This document shows, piece after piece, positions 50,289 through 61,425 of a stretch of 64,000 bases of DNA. Where the stretch lies: the NCBI GenBank assembly GCA_963707915.1, contig OY970178.1, positions 288,001 through 352,000 of the forward strand, read 5' to 3'. Position 1 is the stretch's first letter; each line of letters opens with the position of its first letter. The notes beneath the pieces were generated by a model, which ran no database searches, had not been told where the DNA came from, and saw nothing but the letters and a program-made list of their open reading frames with translations. This stretch comes from Candidatus Eiseniibacteriota bacterium (GTDB lineage Bacteria; Eisenbacteria; RBG-16-71-46). The position numbers and the translations under genes were made by a program.

Positions 50289-50290
50289 GG

Positions 50291-51130
50291 ATGCTCGAGC
50301 AGTTGACGCTGGCGGGGCAGGCGCTGTGGCTCTCGTTGCGCGAGTCGCGGGCCGGCCGCCTGTGGGGCCCGTGGCTCGTGCTCGGCACGCTGCAGTGCGC
50401 GGTGCTGGCGGCGCTCCTGGGCTTCGCGCATCCCCTGCTCGCCGGGACGGTCGCCCCGTTCGTGCGGGCGGTCGCCGGCGAGCCGGCGCTCCACTACCCC
50501 GGCTTCTTCCGGGCGCTGCCGTTCCTCTACTCGCGCGTGGACCTGGTCCTCGGCTCGCTGGTCGGCGCGGTCGCGACGGGCTGGAGCACCCGGCTCTTCG
50601 CCGCGCGCTGGCGCCGGGAGACGCTGGCGGCCGGTGAAGCGTGGCGGGAGACCGCGCCGCGGGCGCTGACACTGGTGCTGGCGCAGTTGCCCTTCCAGTT
50701 GCTGGTGCTGGGCTTCACGGGCCTGCTCGACCTGGCCCTGGCCGGCCGGGGCGGGCTCGCGCGCGCCCTCGGATACGCCGTGACCATGGCGGGCACGGCC
50801 GGGCTGCAGGCGCTCTTCCTCTACCTTCCGTGCCTGATCGTGCTCGAGCGGCGCGGGCTGGGGCAGGCGCTCGCGGGCCTGCCGAGGGCGTGGGCCCGCG
50901 GCTTCTGGGCGGCCCTGCTGCTCGGGCTGGTCACCCTGCTGCCGCTCCTGCCGTTCGATGCGCTGTGGCAGAGGAGCGGCCTGCTGGTGGATCGCGGGAC
51001 CCCGGAGCTGGTCGCCTGGGTCACGGCGGTGCGGCTGTTCGTCGGTCTTGCGGTGTCGTTCCTGCTGGCCGGGAGCTCGACGCTGGCCTACCTCGGTGCG
51101 GTGGCCGACGAGCCCGGGGAGGAAGCATGA
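50291..51130 (+). CDS. Hypothetical integral membrane protein
   Basis: About 6 hydrophobic segments; coupled to neighbours on both sides. Confidence 0.7.
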   Translation: MLEQLTLAGQALWLSLRESRAGRLWGPWLVLGTLQCAVLAALLGFAHPLLAGTVAPFVRAVAGEPALHYPGFFRALPFLYSRVDLVLGSLVGAVATGWSTRLFAARWRRETLAAGEAWRETAPRALTLVLAQLPFQLLVLGFTGLLDLALAGRGGLARALGYAVTMAGTAGLQALFLYLPCLIVLERRGLGQALAGLPRAWARGFWAALLLGLVTLLPLLPFDALWQRSGLLVDRGTPELVAWVTAVRLFVGLAVSFLLAGSSTLAYLGAVADEPGEEA

Positions 51131-52656
51131 GCGCGAGGGCGTCCCGGGTGGGGGGGCGGGGCCGGCTGGCCGTCGTGATCGCCCTGGCACTGCTGGCCGC
51201 GGGCTGTGGCGAGGTCGGGCTGTGGGCGCGCTGGCGCGCGGAGCGCGGGGCCTGGCGCGCGGAACGCGCGGTCGGGAGGATCGAGATCAATCCCCAACTG
51301 GCGGCCCCCGCCGACTGGGCGCGGGCGGAAGCGGCGTGCCGCTCGGTCACGCGGCGCTTCCCGGCGGAGGCCTGGGCGGAGCGGGCGCGTGCCGGCGACC
51401 GCATGGCCTTCGACGTGCTGGAGGCGTCGGGACGCGCCGCGCTGTTGCGCGGCCGGCTGGCGGAGCTGCAGGAGCGCTTCGACCCGGCCGTGACGGAGTA
51501 CGACCGCGTGCGCCGTGACTACGCGGCGGTCCCGGCCGTCTCGCTCCGTGCGGCGGTGGCCCGGGCGGAGTTGCTGGCGGGCTCGGGACGTGCGGCGGAC
51601 GCGGAGGCGGCCTGGGTCGCCATCGCTCGGGACTACCCGGCGGCCGATCCGCGCGCCGGCACGGTCTTCGACGCGGTGCTGGACGCGCCGATGCGCGTGG
51701 CCCGCGAACGGCGCGCGCGCGGCGACGCGGGCGGCGCGGACTCGCTGTCGCGCGCGGCCGAGGCCGCCTGCCTGCGCTTGTTGGCCACGCGCCGCGGACA
51801 ACCGGCGGCACCGGCGCTCTGGGTGCGGGTCAGCGAGGCCCGCTCGGCCCGCGGGGACGCGCCGGGCGCGCGCGCCGCGCTCCGGAACGCGCTCGCCGGC
51901 CCGGCGACCGCGCTGACCCCGCGGCTGGTGCTGGCGCTGGCCCGCCAGGCGCTCTCGAGTGCGCTGCCCGACACGGCGCTGGCCTACGCGGCGTGGGCGG
52001 CGCGCGACTTCGCCGGCGTCGAGCGCCCGGCGTCCCTGCTGGTGGCCGCCGAGGCCTGGCGGGCGCGCGGCGTCCCGGACTCGGCGCTGCGGACCTACGA
52101 GGCACTGCTCCAGGAGGCGCCCGACGCGCCGGACGCGTTGGCGGAGGCCCGCTTCGGCCGCGCGCGACTCCTCGAGGACCTGGGCCGTTGGGACCAGGCC
52201 CGCGGGGAGTATCATGCGCTGATCAGCGCCATGCCGACACATCCGCGGGCCTTCGAGTCCATGGTGCGCGTGGTCCGCTACCACCTCGGGCAGGGGGAGC
52301 GCGAACTGGGACTCACGGAAGCGCGGCACGCGCTGGCCACGCTGGACGCGTTGATCGCCAGCCATCAGGATGACGACGTGCAGGTCCGGGCGGGCGAGGT
52401 CCGCGCGCGCCTGCTGTTCGAGACCGGCGACACCCGCGGCGGCTGCGGCGCGCTCGGCGCGCTCCTGCGGCGGTACCCGGAAGCGGAGCTCGACGCCGGG
52501 TTGCTGGCGAGAGCGGGAGAGGATGCGGAGACGAAATTGAACGACGCCGACCTGGCGACGGCGCTGTACCGGGCGGCCGCCGCCCGGTCGGTGGACCCCG
52601 GCCTGCGCCGCCGGGTCCTCGACGCCGTGGATCGCCGGGCCGGCGCGCACCGATAG
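51127..52656 (+). CDS. TPR-repeat putative lipoprotein
   Basis: Lipobox LLAAGC; helical repeats (AEARFGRARLLEDLGRWDQARGEY); directly upstream of prsK. Confidence 0.7.
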   Translation: MSARASRVGGRGRLAVVIALALLAAGCGEVGLWARWRAERGAWRAERAVGRIEINPQLAAPADWARAEAACRSVTRRFPAEAWAERARAGDRMAFDVLEASGRAALLRGRLAELQERFDPAVTEYDRVRRDYAAVPAVSLRAAVARAELLAGSGRAADAEAAWVAIARDYPAADPRAGTVFDAVLDAPMRVARERRARGDAGGADSLSRAAEAACLRLLATRRGQPAAPALWVRVSEARSARGDAPGARAALRNALAGPATALTPRLVLALARQALSSALPDTALAYAAWAARDFAGVERPASLLVAAEAWRARGVPDSALRTYEALLQEAPDAPDALAEARFGRARLLEDLGRWDQARGEYHALISAMPTHPRAFESMVRVVRYHLGQGERELGLTEARHALATLDALIASHQDDDVQVRAGEVRARLLFETGDTRGGCGALGALLRRYPEAELDAGLLARAGEDAETKLNDADLATALYRAAAARSVDPGLRRRVLDAVDRRAGAHR

Positions 52657-52667
52657 GAGGACACGAC

Positions 52668-54844
52668 TTGGACCTGACGTACCTGCCGCTCCAGAGCAGC
52701 CTCGTCACCGCGAGCGCGCTGCTCGCCGCGATGATCGGGTTGCTCGCCCTGTTGCGACGCGGGCACTGGCTGGTCACCCTGCTCTTCTCGTCGGCGTTCC
52801 TCAGCATGGCGGCGTTCCAGGCCGGCACGCTCGGCATCGTGCACTCCGACTCCGCCCTCGGGGCGCGCACCTGGGCCACCTACCTGGCGCAGGTCTCGGC
52901 GCTGGCGTCCTGGCTCTGGCTCGCGCTCAGCGTGGTGCTGGCCCGGCCCGACCCGTGGAAGCAGGTCCGCCAGGCGGGGGCCTACCTAACGCTCGCGCTG
53001 GTGGGCTGCGCGATCCTGTGGGCCGTCGCCGGCACGCCCTGGGTGGTCCGCGACGTGATCGGTGCGCGCGGCGAAGCGGTGATCCGTTTCGGCCCGATGG
53101 GCAAGATCTACCTCATGTACCTGGTGGTCGTGATGGTGGCGGTGCTCATGAACCTCGAGCGCATGCTGCGCATCGCCCCGGCCACCGTGCAGTCGTGGCT
53201 GCGTCCGCTGTTCGTCGCGTTCCTGGTGGGCATCCTGAGCGAGGTGCTGCTGGTCTCGGGCGGGTTGCTGTTCAGCGGCCTGTGGGTGTCGTGGCTGGCG
53301 GCGAGCGCGATGCCCATGTTCGTGGCGGGAACGGTCACCGCCCTGGCGCTGGCGCGGCGGCGCCTCTCGGACATGAGCGTGCCGGTGGCGCGGCCGGTGA
53401 TCTACTACTCCTCGGTCTCGCTCACCCTGGCCGGCTCCTTCCTCCTGCTGATGGCGGTGCTGGCCAACGTCGTCCCGGTGCTCTCGCCGGACGCCAAGCG
53501 CGGCGTGAGCCTCGCCTTCTACCTGCTGGCCGGCGGCGGCGGACTGTTGCTGACGCTGAGCCCGCGCGCCAACCGCGCGGTGAAGCGCTTCGTCGACCGC
53601 AACTTCTACGCCAACCGGTACGACTACCGGCGCGAGTGGGAGCGCGTGAGCGCGGGCATCGTGCCGACCGCCCGGCCGGACGACGTCGCGCGCCAGATGG
53701 AGGTGATGGTGTGCTCCATCTTCGGGGCCGAGCGGGCCGCGGTCTACGTGCGCGACGAGCGCATGGCCGGGCGGCCCGGCGCCGCCGCCCCGTTCCGCCG
53801 GCTGCACGGCCCGGCCGCCATGCCGGCGGTGATCGATCCCGGCAACGCGTTGGTGTGCGAGCTGGAGCGCACGGGCCGGCCGGTGGTGTTCCGCGAGGTG
53901 CGGCGGGACCTGGACCTCATCCCCATCGCGGTCGAGAACCGCCCGGCCATCCAGGTGATGGCGGCCGCGGTGTGTGCCCCGCTGCGGGCCGGCGAGAACA
54001 TCGTGGGGCTCCTGTGGCTCTCCGAGAAGCGCGATCACGAGGCGTACAGCTACGAGGACGCCGAGTTCCTCGGCGCGCTGACCCGCCAGCTGGGCGCGGC
54101 CCTGTGGTTCGCGCGGCTGGCGGAGCAGCTGGCCGAGACGCGGCAGCTCGAGTCGCTGAACCGGCTCTCGAGCTATGTGCTCCACGACATCAAGAACCAG
54201 GTCTCGGGCCTCTCGCTCGTGGTGCAGAACGCGCGCCGCTTCATGGACAACGCGGAGTTCCAGCGCGACGTGCTGAAGACCGTCGAGGGGACCGTGACGA
54301 GCCTCACGCAGCTCATGAACCAGGTGGCGGGGATGGCGCGCCCCGGCGAGCTGACGCTGGCGCCCTGCGACCTCAAGGGCCTGCTGGAGGAGGCGGTCGC
54401 GGCGAGCGGGTTGAGCGGGGCCGGGTCGACCGCAGCGGACGTGCGGTTCCGGCTCCACTGCGGCGGGCCCGGGACGGTCGCACTCGACCGCCGGCTCACG
54501 TTGCGCGTGCTCGTCAACCTGCTCACCAACGCGCGCGAGTCGCTCGGCGGGCCCGGCGAGATCGAGCTGACCTCCGCGCTCGAGTCGGACGGTGCCGGCG
54601 CGCCGAGCCTCCTGCTCCGCGTGCGCGACACCGGGCGCGGGATGAGCGAGGAATTCGTCCGCACGTCCCTGTTCCGCCCGTTCGCCACCACCAAGTCCGC
54701 CGGGCTGGGCGTGGGTCTCAGCCAGTGCCGGAACATCGTCGAGGCCCTGGGAGGGACCATCACGGTCGAGAGCCGCCCGGGCGCGGGCACGACGTTCGAC
54801 GTGCACCTGCCGCTCCCCGCCGCGGAGAGCGCGGAGACGCCCGT

Positions 54845-54848
<4 letters not shown>
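52668..54848 (+). CDS. prsK: PEP-CTERM/exosortase-system histidine kinase PrsK
   Basis: Multi-TM N-terminus, MNLERM, FYANRYDYRREW, GAF, VLHDIKN (H-box), NLLTNA, DTGRGM, LFRPFATTK..GLGVGL; AGGAGG before TTG. Confidence 0.88.
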
Positions 54849-56283
<1,435 letters not shown>

Positions 56284-56287
<4 letters not shown>

Positions 56288-56931
56288 GCCCGGGCTACTT
56301 CCTCGCCATCGCCGGGAACATCGGGGTCGGCAAGACCGAGCTCACCACGCGGCTCAGCGCGGAGCTGGGCTGGATGGCGTACTACGAGCCGGTCATCCAG
56401 AACCCCTACCTCGACGACTTCTACGCCGACATGTCGCGCTGGAGCTTCCACCTGCAGATCTACTTCCTGAGCGAGCGCTTCAAGGCCCAGGTGCAGATCG
56501 GCGCCAGCCCGCTGCCGTTCATCCAGGACCGCACCATCTACGAGGACGCCGAGATCTTCGCCCGGGTGCTGCACGACCAGGGCTCGATGACGGCGGTGGA
56601 CTACCGCAACTACACGTCGCTGTTCCACGTGCTGGTGGGCTTCCTGCGCAAGCCGGACCTCATCGTCTACCTGAAGGCGAGCCCCGAGGTGCTGATGGGA
56701 CGCATCGCGCGCCGCGGGCGTGCCAGCGAACAGAGCATCGGCATCGACTACATCGCCCGGTTGAACGACGCCTACGACGACTGGATGCGGCGCGCCCGCG
56801 CCGAGACGGAGGTGCTGGAGATCGACACCGACAGCGTGCCGCTCCAGGGCGAGACCGAGGCCTTCGAACAGCTGGTGAACGCCCTGAAGGCCCGCTACCC
56901 GCGCCAGGCCATGCTGGACCTGGGGGAGTAG
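56284..56931 (+). CDS. Deoxynucleoside kinase
   Basis: IAGNIGVGKT, NPYLDDFY, LQIYFL, QDRTIYED, PDLIVYL, RIARRGR. Confidence 0.92.
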
Positions 56932-56972
56932 CGGGGGGTGGGAGCGGCGAGCGCCCCGAGCGCCGCCTTCGA

Positions 56973-59846
56973 TCAGCCGCCCGGCCGCTTCCCCGTCGCC
57001 TCCAGCGCCGCCACGCACCGCCCGCACAGGCCGGCGCGCTCGCCCTCGGCCGCGACGTCCGCCCGGCGCATCCAGCAGCGCTCGCACTTCGCGAGCCCGG
57101 TCTGGCGCACGGCGACCTCGAGCTCGAGGCCGGCTCCGTCACCGCCCGCGGCGGCGGCCGCCGCCGGTCCTTCCGCCAGCTCGGCCCGCGCCACGATCAG
57201 GAACGCGGCCAGCTCGGCATCGTAACCGCGCAGCCGGGCGATCACCCCGGGCGCGGCGGTGAGCGTCACCTCGGCATCCGCCGGCGAGGCCAGCGTCTTC
57301 GCCGCGCGCAGCGGCTCGAGCGCGGCGTTCACCGCGTCGCGCACCGCGTGCAGGAATTCCCACTCCTCGTCGGAGGCCGCGGGCGGCTCCGGCCAGCGCG
57401 CGAGATGTACGCTCTCGCACTCGGCCAGCAGGGCGGGGTGGTGCTGCCAGACCTCCTCGGCGGTGAAGGCGAGCGCCGGGGAGGCGGCGATGGCCAGGTC
57501 GTGCAGCGCCTGCCAGAGCACGGTCTGCGCCGAGCGCCGTTTCGGATCGTCCGGCGCCAGGGTGTAGAGGCGGTCCTTCGCCACGTCGAGGAAGACCGCG
57601 GAGAGGTCCACCGTGCAGAACCCGAGCAGCAGGTCGAGCGCGCGGTGGAACTGCAGCGCCTGCCAGGCCTCGCGCACCCGCCCCAGCCGCGCGGTGAGCG
57701 CGTCGCTGAAGGCCCGGTCCACGGCGGTGAGGCGCTCGCGCGGCAGGGCCTGCGCGGGGGAGAAGTCCCCGAGGTTGCCGAGCAGGAAGCGGAAGGTGTT
57801 CCGCACCTTCCGGTAGGCGTCGGCGGCGCGCTCGAGGATCTCGTCGCTGACCCGCACGTCGGTGCGCCAGTCCGTGGCCAGTGCCCACCAGCGCACGATC
57901 TCGGCGCCGTGCTTCTTCACCACTTCGCGGGGCAGGATGACGTTGCCCAGCGACTTGTGCATGGCGCGGCCCTCGCCGTCCAGCACCCAGCCGTGGGTGC
58001 ACACGTCGGTGTAGGGCGGCAGGCCGGTGGTGCCGACGGCAACCATCAACGAGGAGTTGAACCAGCCGCGGTGCTGGTCGGGTCCCTCGAAGAACACGAT
58101 CCGATCGTCGGGTCCTTTCCGGTCTAGCCGCACCGCTTGGCTTGCACGAGTCCACGCCGCATCGAGCGCGGGGTGCGTGGCGCGTGCCGCGCGGTGGGTC
58201 GAGCCCGAGTCGAACCACACATCGAGGATGTCGGTCTCGCGGCGGAACGGGCCGGTTGCGCCGCACTTCGGGCACTTGAGGGCGGGCGGCAGGAACTCCT
58301 CGACCGGGCGCTCGTACCAGGCGTCCGAGCCGTGCGCGCGGGTCTGTTCGACCGCGCGGCGCATCACGCCCTCGTCGAGGATGGGCTCGCCGCAGGCCTC
58401 GCAGTAGACGGCGGGGATGCCCACGCCCCAGGAGCGCTGGCGCGATAGGCACCAGTCGGGCCGACCGCGCACGGACTCGCGGATGCGGTTCTGCGATGAC
58501 GGCGGGTCCCAGTTCACGAACTCAATTGCCACCAGTGACCGTTCGCGATGAGACGGATGGGGAGGCGGCCCGGTGGGGTCCCGATGGTCGATGATCATGA
58601 ACCACTGGTCGGTGGCGCGGAAGATCACCGGCTGGCGGCAGCGCCAGCAGTGCGGGTAGGAGTGGACGAACGAAGCGGCGGCGAGCAGCCGGCCGCGGTC
58701 CTTCAGCCACGCGATGATGTCGGCGTTCACGTCGAGCACGCTGCGGCCCACGAAGGGCTCCGCTCCCTCGAGGAAGCGGCCGCCTTCGTCCACCGGGCAG
58801 GCCACCTCGAGGCCCTCGCGCTGGCCGACGGCGAAGTCCTCCTTGCCGTGGCCGGGCGCGGTGTGCACCAGCCCGGTACCGTCCTCGAGGTTGACGAACG
58901 GCATCCCGTCGACGACGCGGGAATCGCGCCCCCAGGGGTTCTCGAAGATGCCGCCCACCAGGTCGCGCCCGCGCACCCGCCCGTCGACCTGCGGGTCGTC
59001 CCAGCCCACGGCCTTCGCCACCGCCTCGAGCCGGGCGGCGGCCAGCAGCCAGTGACGGTCCGCCGCACGGACCACGGCGTAGTCGGCGTCGGGGTCCACC
59101 ATGAGGCCCACGTTCGCGGGCAGGGTCCAGGGAGTGGTGGTCCATGCCACGGCCGCGATCCCGGGCCACGCGGCGAGCGCGCCGCGCGGGTCGGAGCGCA
59201 GGGGGAACGGCACGTAGATCGAGGGCGACGGATCGTCCTGGTACTCGATCTCGGCCTCGGCCAGCGCGGTCTTGTCGGTCGGGCACCAGTGGATCGAACG
59301 CAGGCCGCGCTGGATGAAGCCGCGCGCCGCGAGGCCGGCGAAGGCCTCGAGGATCGCGGCCTCGAAGTTGGTGTCCATGGTCAGGTAGGGGTGCTCCCAT
59401 TCCCCCCAGCCACCGAGGCGTTCGAACTCCTCGCGCTGCACGCCGACCCACTCTGCGGCGTACTCGCGGCAGCGGCGCCGCAGCGCGATGCGGTCGGGCT
59501 GGAGCCGTTTCTCGCGGAACTCGCTCGCCACGCGCGTCTCGATCGGCATGCCATGGTTGTCCCAGCCGGGCACGTAGGGCGAGTCCCAGCCCATGAGCGA
59601 CGCCTGGCGCACCGCGGCGTCCTTCCAGATCTTGTTGGCGGCCGTCCCCATGTGGAGGTGGCCGTTGGAGTACGGGGGGCCGTCGTGCAGCAGCCACACG
59701 GGCCGCCCGGCCCGCGCCGCGCGCAGCTTGCGGTAGAGGTCGCGTTCCTTCCACCAGGCCAGGCGCTCCGGTTCGCGCTTGAGCAGGTCGGCCTTCATCG
59801 GGAAGTCCGTCCGCGGCAGGTTCAGCGTGTCGCGATAGCCGGCCAT
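56973..59846 (-). CDS. ileS: Isoleucine--tRNA ligase (type 1)
   Basis: TLNLPRTDFPM, LHDGPPY, WTTTPWTLPAN, GTGLVHTAPGHG, DWCLSRQR, DVWFDSG, DQHRGWF, C-terminal CERCW...CGRC; GGAGG RBS. Confidence 0.97.
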   Translation of the reverse strand: MAGYRDTLNLPRTDFPMKADLLKREPERLAWWKERDLYRKLRAARAGRPVWLLHDGPPYSNGHLHMGTAANKIWKDAAVRQASLMGWDSPYVPGWDNHGMPIETRVASEFREKRLQPDRIALRRRCREYAAEWVGVQREEFERLGGWGEWEHPYLTMDTNFEAAILEAFAGLAARGFIQRGLRSIHWCPTDKTALAEAEIEYQDDPSPSIYVPFPLRSDPRGALAAWPGIAAVAWTTTPWTLPANVGLMVDPDADYAVVRAADRHWLLAAARLEAVAKAVGWDDPQVDGRVRGRDLVGGIFENPWGRDSRVVDGMPFVNLEDGTGLVHTAPGHGKEDFAVGQREGLEVACPVDEGGRFLEGAEPFVGRSVLDVNADIIAWLKDRGRLLAAASFVHSYPHCWRCRQPVIFRATDQWFMIIDHRDPTGPPPHPSHRERSLVAIEFVNWDPPSSQNRIRESVRGRPDWCLSRQRSWGVGIPAVYCEACGEPILDEGVMRRAVEQTRAHGSDAWYERPVEEFLPPALKCPKCGATGPFRRETDILDVWFDSGSTHRAARATHPALDAAWTRASQAVRLDRKGPDDRIVFFEGPDQHRGWFNSSLMVAVGTTGLPPYTDVCTHGWVLDGEGRAMHKSLGNVILPREVVKKHGAEIVRWWALATDWRTDVRVSDEILERAADAYRKVRNTFRFLLGNLGDFSPAQALPRERLTAVDRAFSDALTARLGRVREAWQALQFHRALDLLLGFCTVDLSAVFLDVAKDRLYTLAPDDPKRRSAQTVLWQALHDLAIAASPALAFTAEEVWQHHPALLAECESVHLARWPEPPAASDEEWEFLHAVRDAVNAALEPLRAAKTLASPADAEVTLTAAPGVIARLRGYDAELAAFLIVARAELAEGPAAAAAAGGDGAGLELEVAVRQTGLAKCERCWMRRADVAAEGERAGLCGRCVAALEATGKRPGG

Positions 59847-59875
59847 CGATTCCTCCAACGTGACGAACGGACTGC

Positions 59876-59910
59876 AAAAGCAAGCGCCCCGACGCCTGGG
59901 CGTCGGGGCG
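59876..59910 (-). terminator. Intrinsic terminator of the ileS T-box leader
   Basis: cgccccgacgc-ccag-gcgtcggggcg followed by cttgctttt on the minus strand. Confidence 0.85.
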
Positions 59911-60164
59911 GACGGGGCCGCGGTGCCACCCGACTTCGCGCGGGCCTCGCAGCCGGCGCCTCGGGAGCCATCGTGGATGGCTCCAGCCCACTGACGCGGG
60001 GCAGGCGGCCGAGCCTAGCGGGGGGCGCCGCTGGGATCCCGCGGTGGCGCCCGCCGTTCGGTCGGCGGCTCGGGGGTGATCTTCGACGCGCGCGTGGGTG
60101 CCGGGCTCACACCGTCCCCGACTCGCTGGTACGCGCCGCGCGCCTACTCGTCCCCGTCATGGCC
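59876..60164 (-). ncRNA. T-box riboswitch leader, Ile (AUC) specifier
   Basis: Minus strand: GCCATGACGGGGACGAGTAG stem I start, CAGCGAG bulge, GGTGTGAG apical loop, specifier loop GAAG-ATC-A (60080-60078), T-box AAGTCGGGTGGCACCGCG (~59936-59919), overlapping terminator. Confidence 0.9.
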
Positions 60165-60243
60165 TCTGACGTCGGGACGTTGACATGGCCGCCGCCCGGG
60201 GTCAAGCGCGGGGCGCCGGCGCGCGGGACCGGCGCCCGCGCGT

Positions 60244-61425
60244 TCAGCGCGGCCGTTCCCCGGGCGCGGAAGCCGGTGGCGGAACGCTCGCCGAGAGGTC
60301 GGCCAGCAGCAGGCAGGCGTCCGCCAGCGTGGGCGGATCCTTGCTGTACAGGCCGTCGAGATCCTTCGCGGGGTTCTCGAGGCCGAACCGCTGCCGGCAG
60401 GCCCGGCGATGGAGCGCCGCCTCGAGCGGGGCGGGGGGCAGGTTGGCGCCGAACGCGGCCAGCGCCACGAGGTCGCGGCGCAGGTCGCGCCAGGTGGCGG
60501 GCCGACGCAGCGCGGCGTGCTCGCGCATGGGTAGCAGGCCCGCGTCCACCAGCGTCTCGCGCAGCGAGCCGGCGTCGGCGGGGAGGTCCGGCAGCGGAAG
60601 CCGCGCCGCGCGTGCCAGGAGGAGTTGCCAGGTCGCGCGCTCCAGCGGCTCGTCCCCCCGGGACTCGCGCCCGATCAGGCCGGCGCGTTCGGCCCACTCG
60701 AGGTAGGGCCCGGTCGTGCCGGTGTCGGCGCGATGGGCCGGCAGCCGCTGCTCCAGGAAGGGCAGCGGGTCCATGGCAGCCTCGTTCTCCCAGCGCGCGG
60801 CGGGGTCACGGGTCTGGCGCACCTCGAAATGCAGGTGGTCGGTGGTGGCGCGCCCGCTGTGGCCGACCTCGCCCAGCGGTTCGCCGGCCCACACGGCCTG
60901 GCTCTGCCGGACGCGGGTCGAGCTGTTGCGCAGGTGCGCATACACGCTGTAGGCGATGTCGCCGTCGGGGGTGCGGTGGGCCAGCACGACGTGGCAGCCG
61001 AAGCCGCTGCCGTCCGGGCGATCGTGGACGACCACCACGAGACCGTTGGCCGCGGCGCGCACGACGTCGCCCCCGCGGCCGTTGGCCAGGTCGGCGCCGA
61101 AGTGGACGTCGCCGGTGATCGCGAAGCCGCGCAACAGTTGCCACGCCGGCTCGCCGGCGGGAGAGGGCTGGGTGAAGTCGCTGGCGGCCCCGAGCGGCCA
61201 CGTCCACGCGCCGGCCCACGGCCAGCGCGAGATCGTGCCGTCATCGAGCGGAAGCAACCCGCCGAGCAGCACCGGGGGCTCCTGGGAGGATGGGTCGGGC
61301 AGGGCACGCTCCCTGGCGGCCGGCCCCGCGTGGGCCGCCAGCGCCACCAGCGCCGCCAGCGCCGCGAGCCCCAGGAGGGTCGCACCGGCGCGGCGGTGGA
61401 GGCGGGACGACCGGGGGGGCTTCAG
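60244..61425 (-). CDS. M23 family metallopeptidase, secreted (start uncertain)
   Basis: HFGAD (HxxxD), VRAAANG.V, SVYAHL, GEVGHSG, HLHFEVR; hydrophobic signal. No in-frame ATG: CTG 61425 overlaps the upstream stop, or GTG 61347. Confidence 0.85.
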   Translation of the reverse strand: MKPPRSSRLHRRAGATLLGLAALAALVALAAHAGPAARERALPDPSSQEPPVLLGGLLPLDDGTISRWPWAGAWTWPLGAASDFTQPSPAGEPAWQLLRGFAITGDVHFGADLANGRGGDVVRAAANGLVVVVHDRPDGSGFGCHVVLAHRTPDGDIAYSVYAHLRNSSTRVRQSQAVWAGEPLGEVGHSGRATTDHLHFEVRQTRDPAARWENEAAMDPLPFLEQRLPAHRADTGTTGPYLEWAERAGLIGRESRGDEPLERATWQLLLARAARLPLPDLPADAGSLRETLVDAGLLPMREHAALRRPATWRDLRRDLVALAAFGANLPPAPLEAALHRRACRQRFGLENPAKDLDGLYSKDPPTLADACLLLADLSASVPPPASAPGERPR

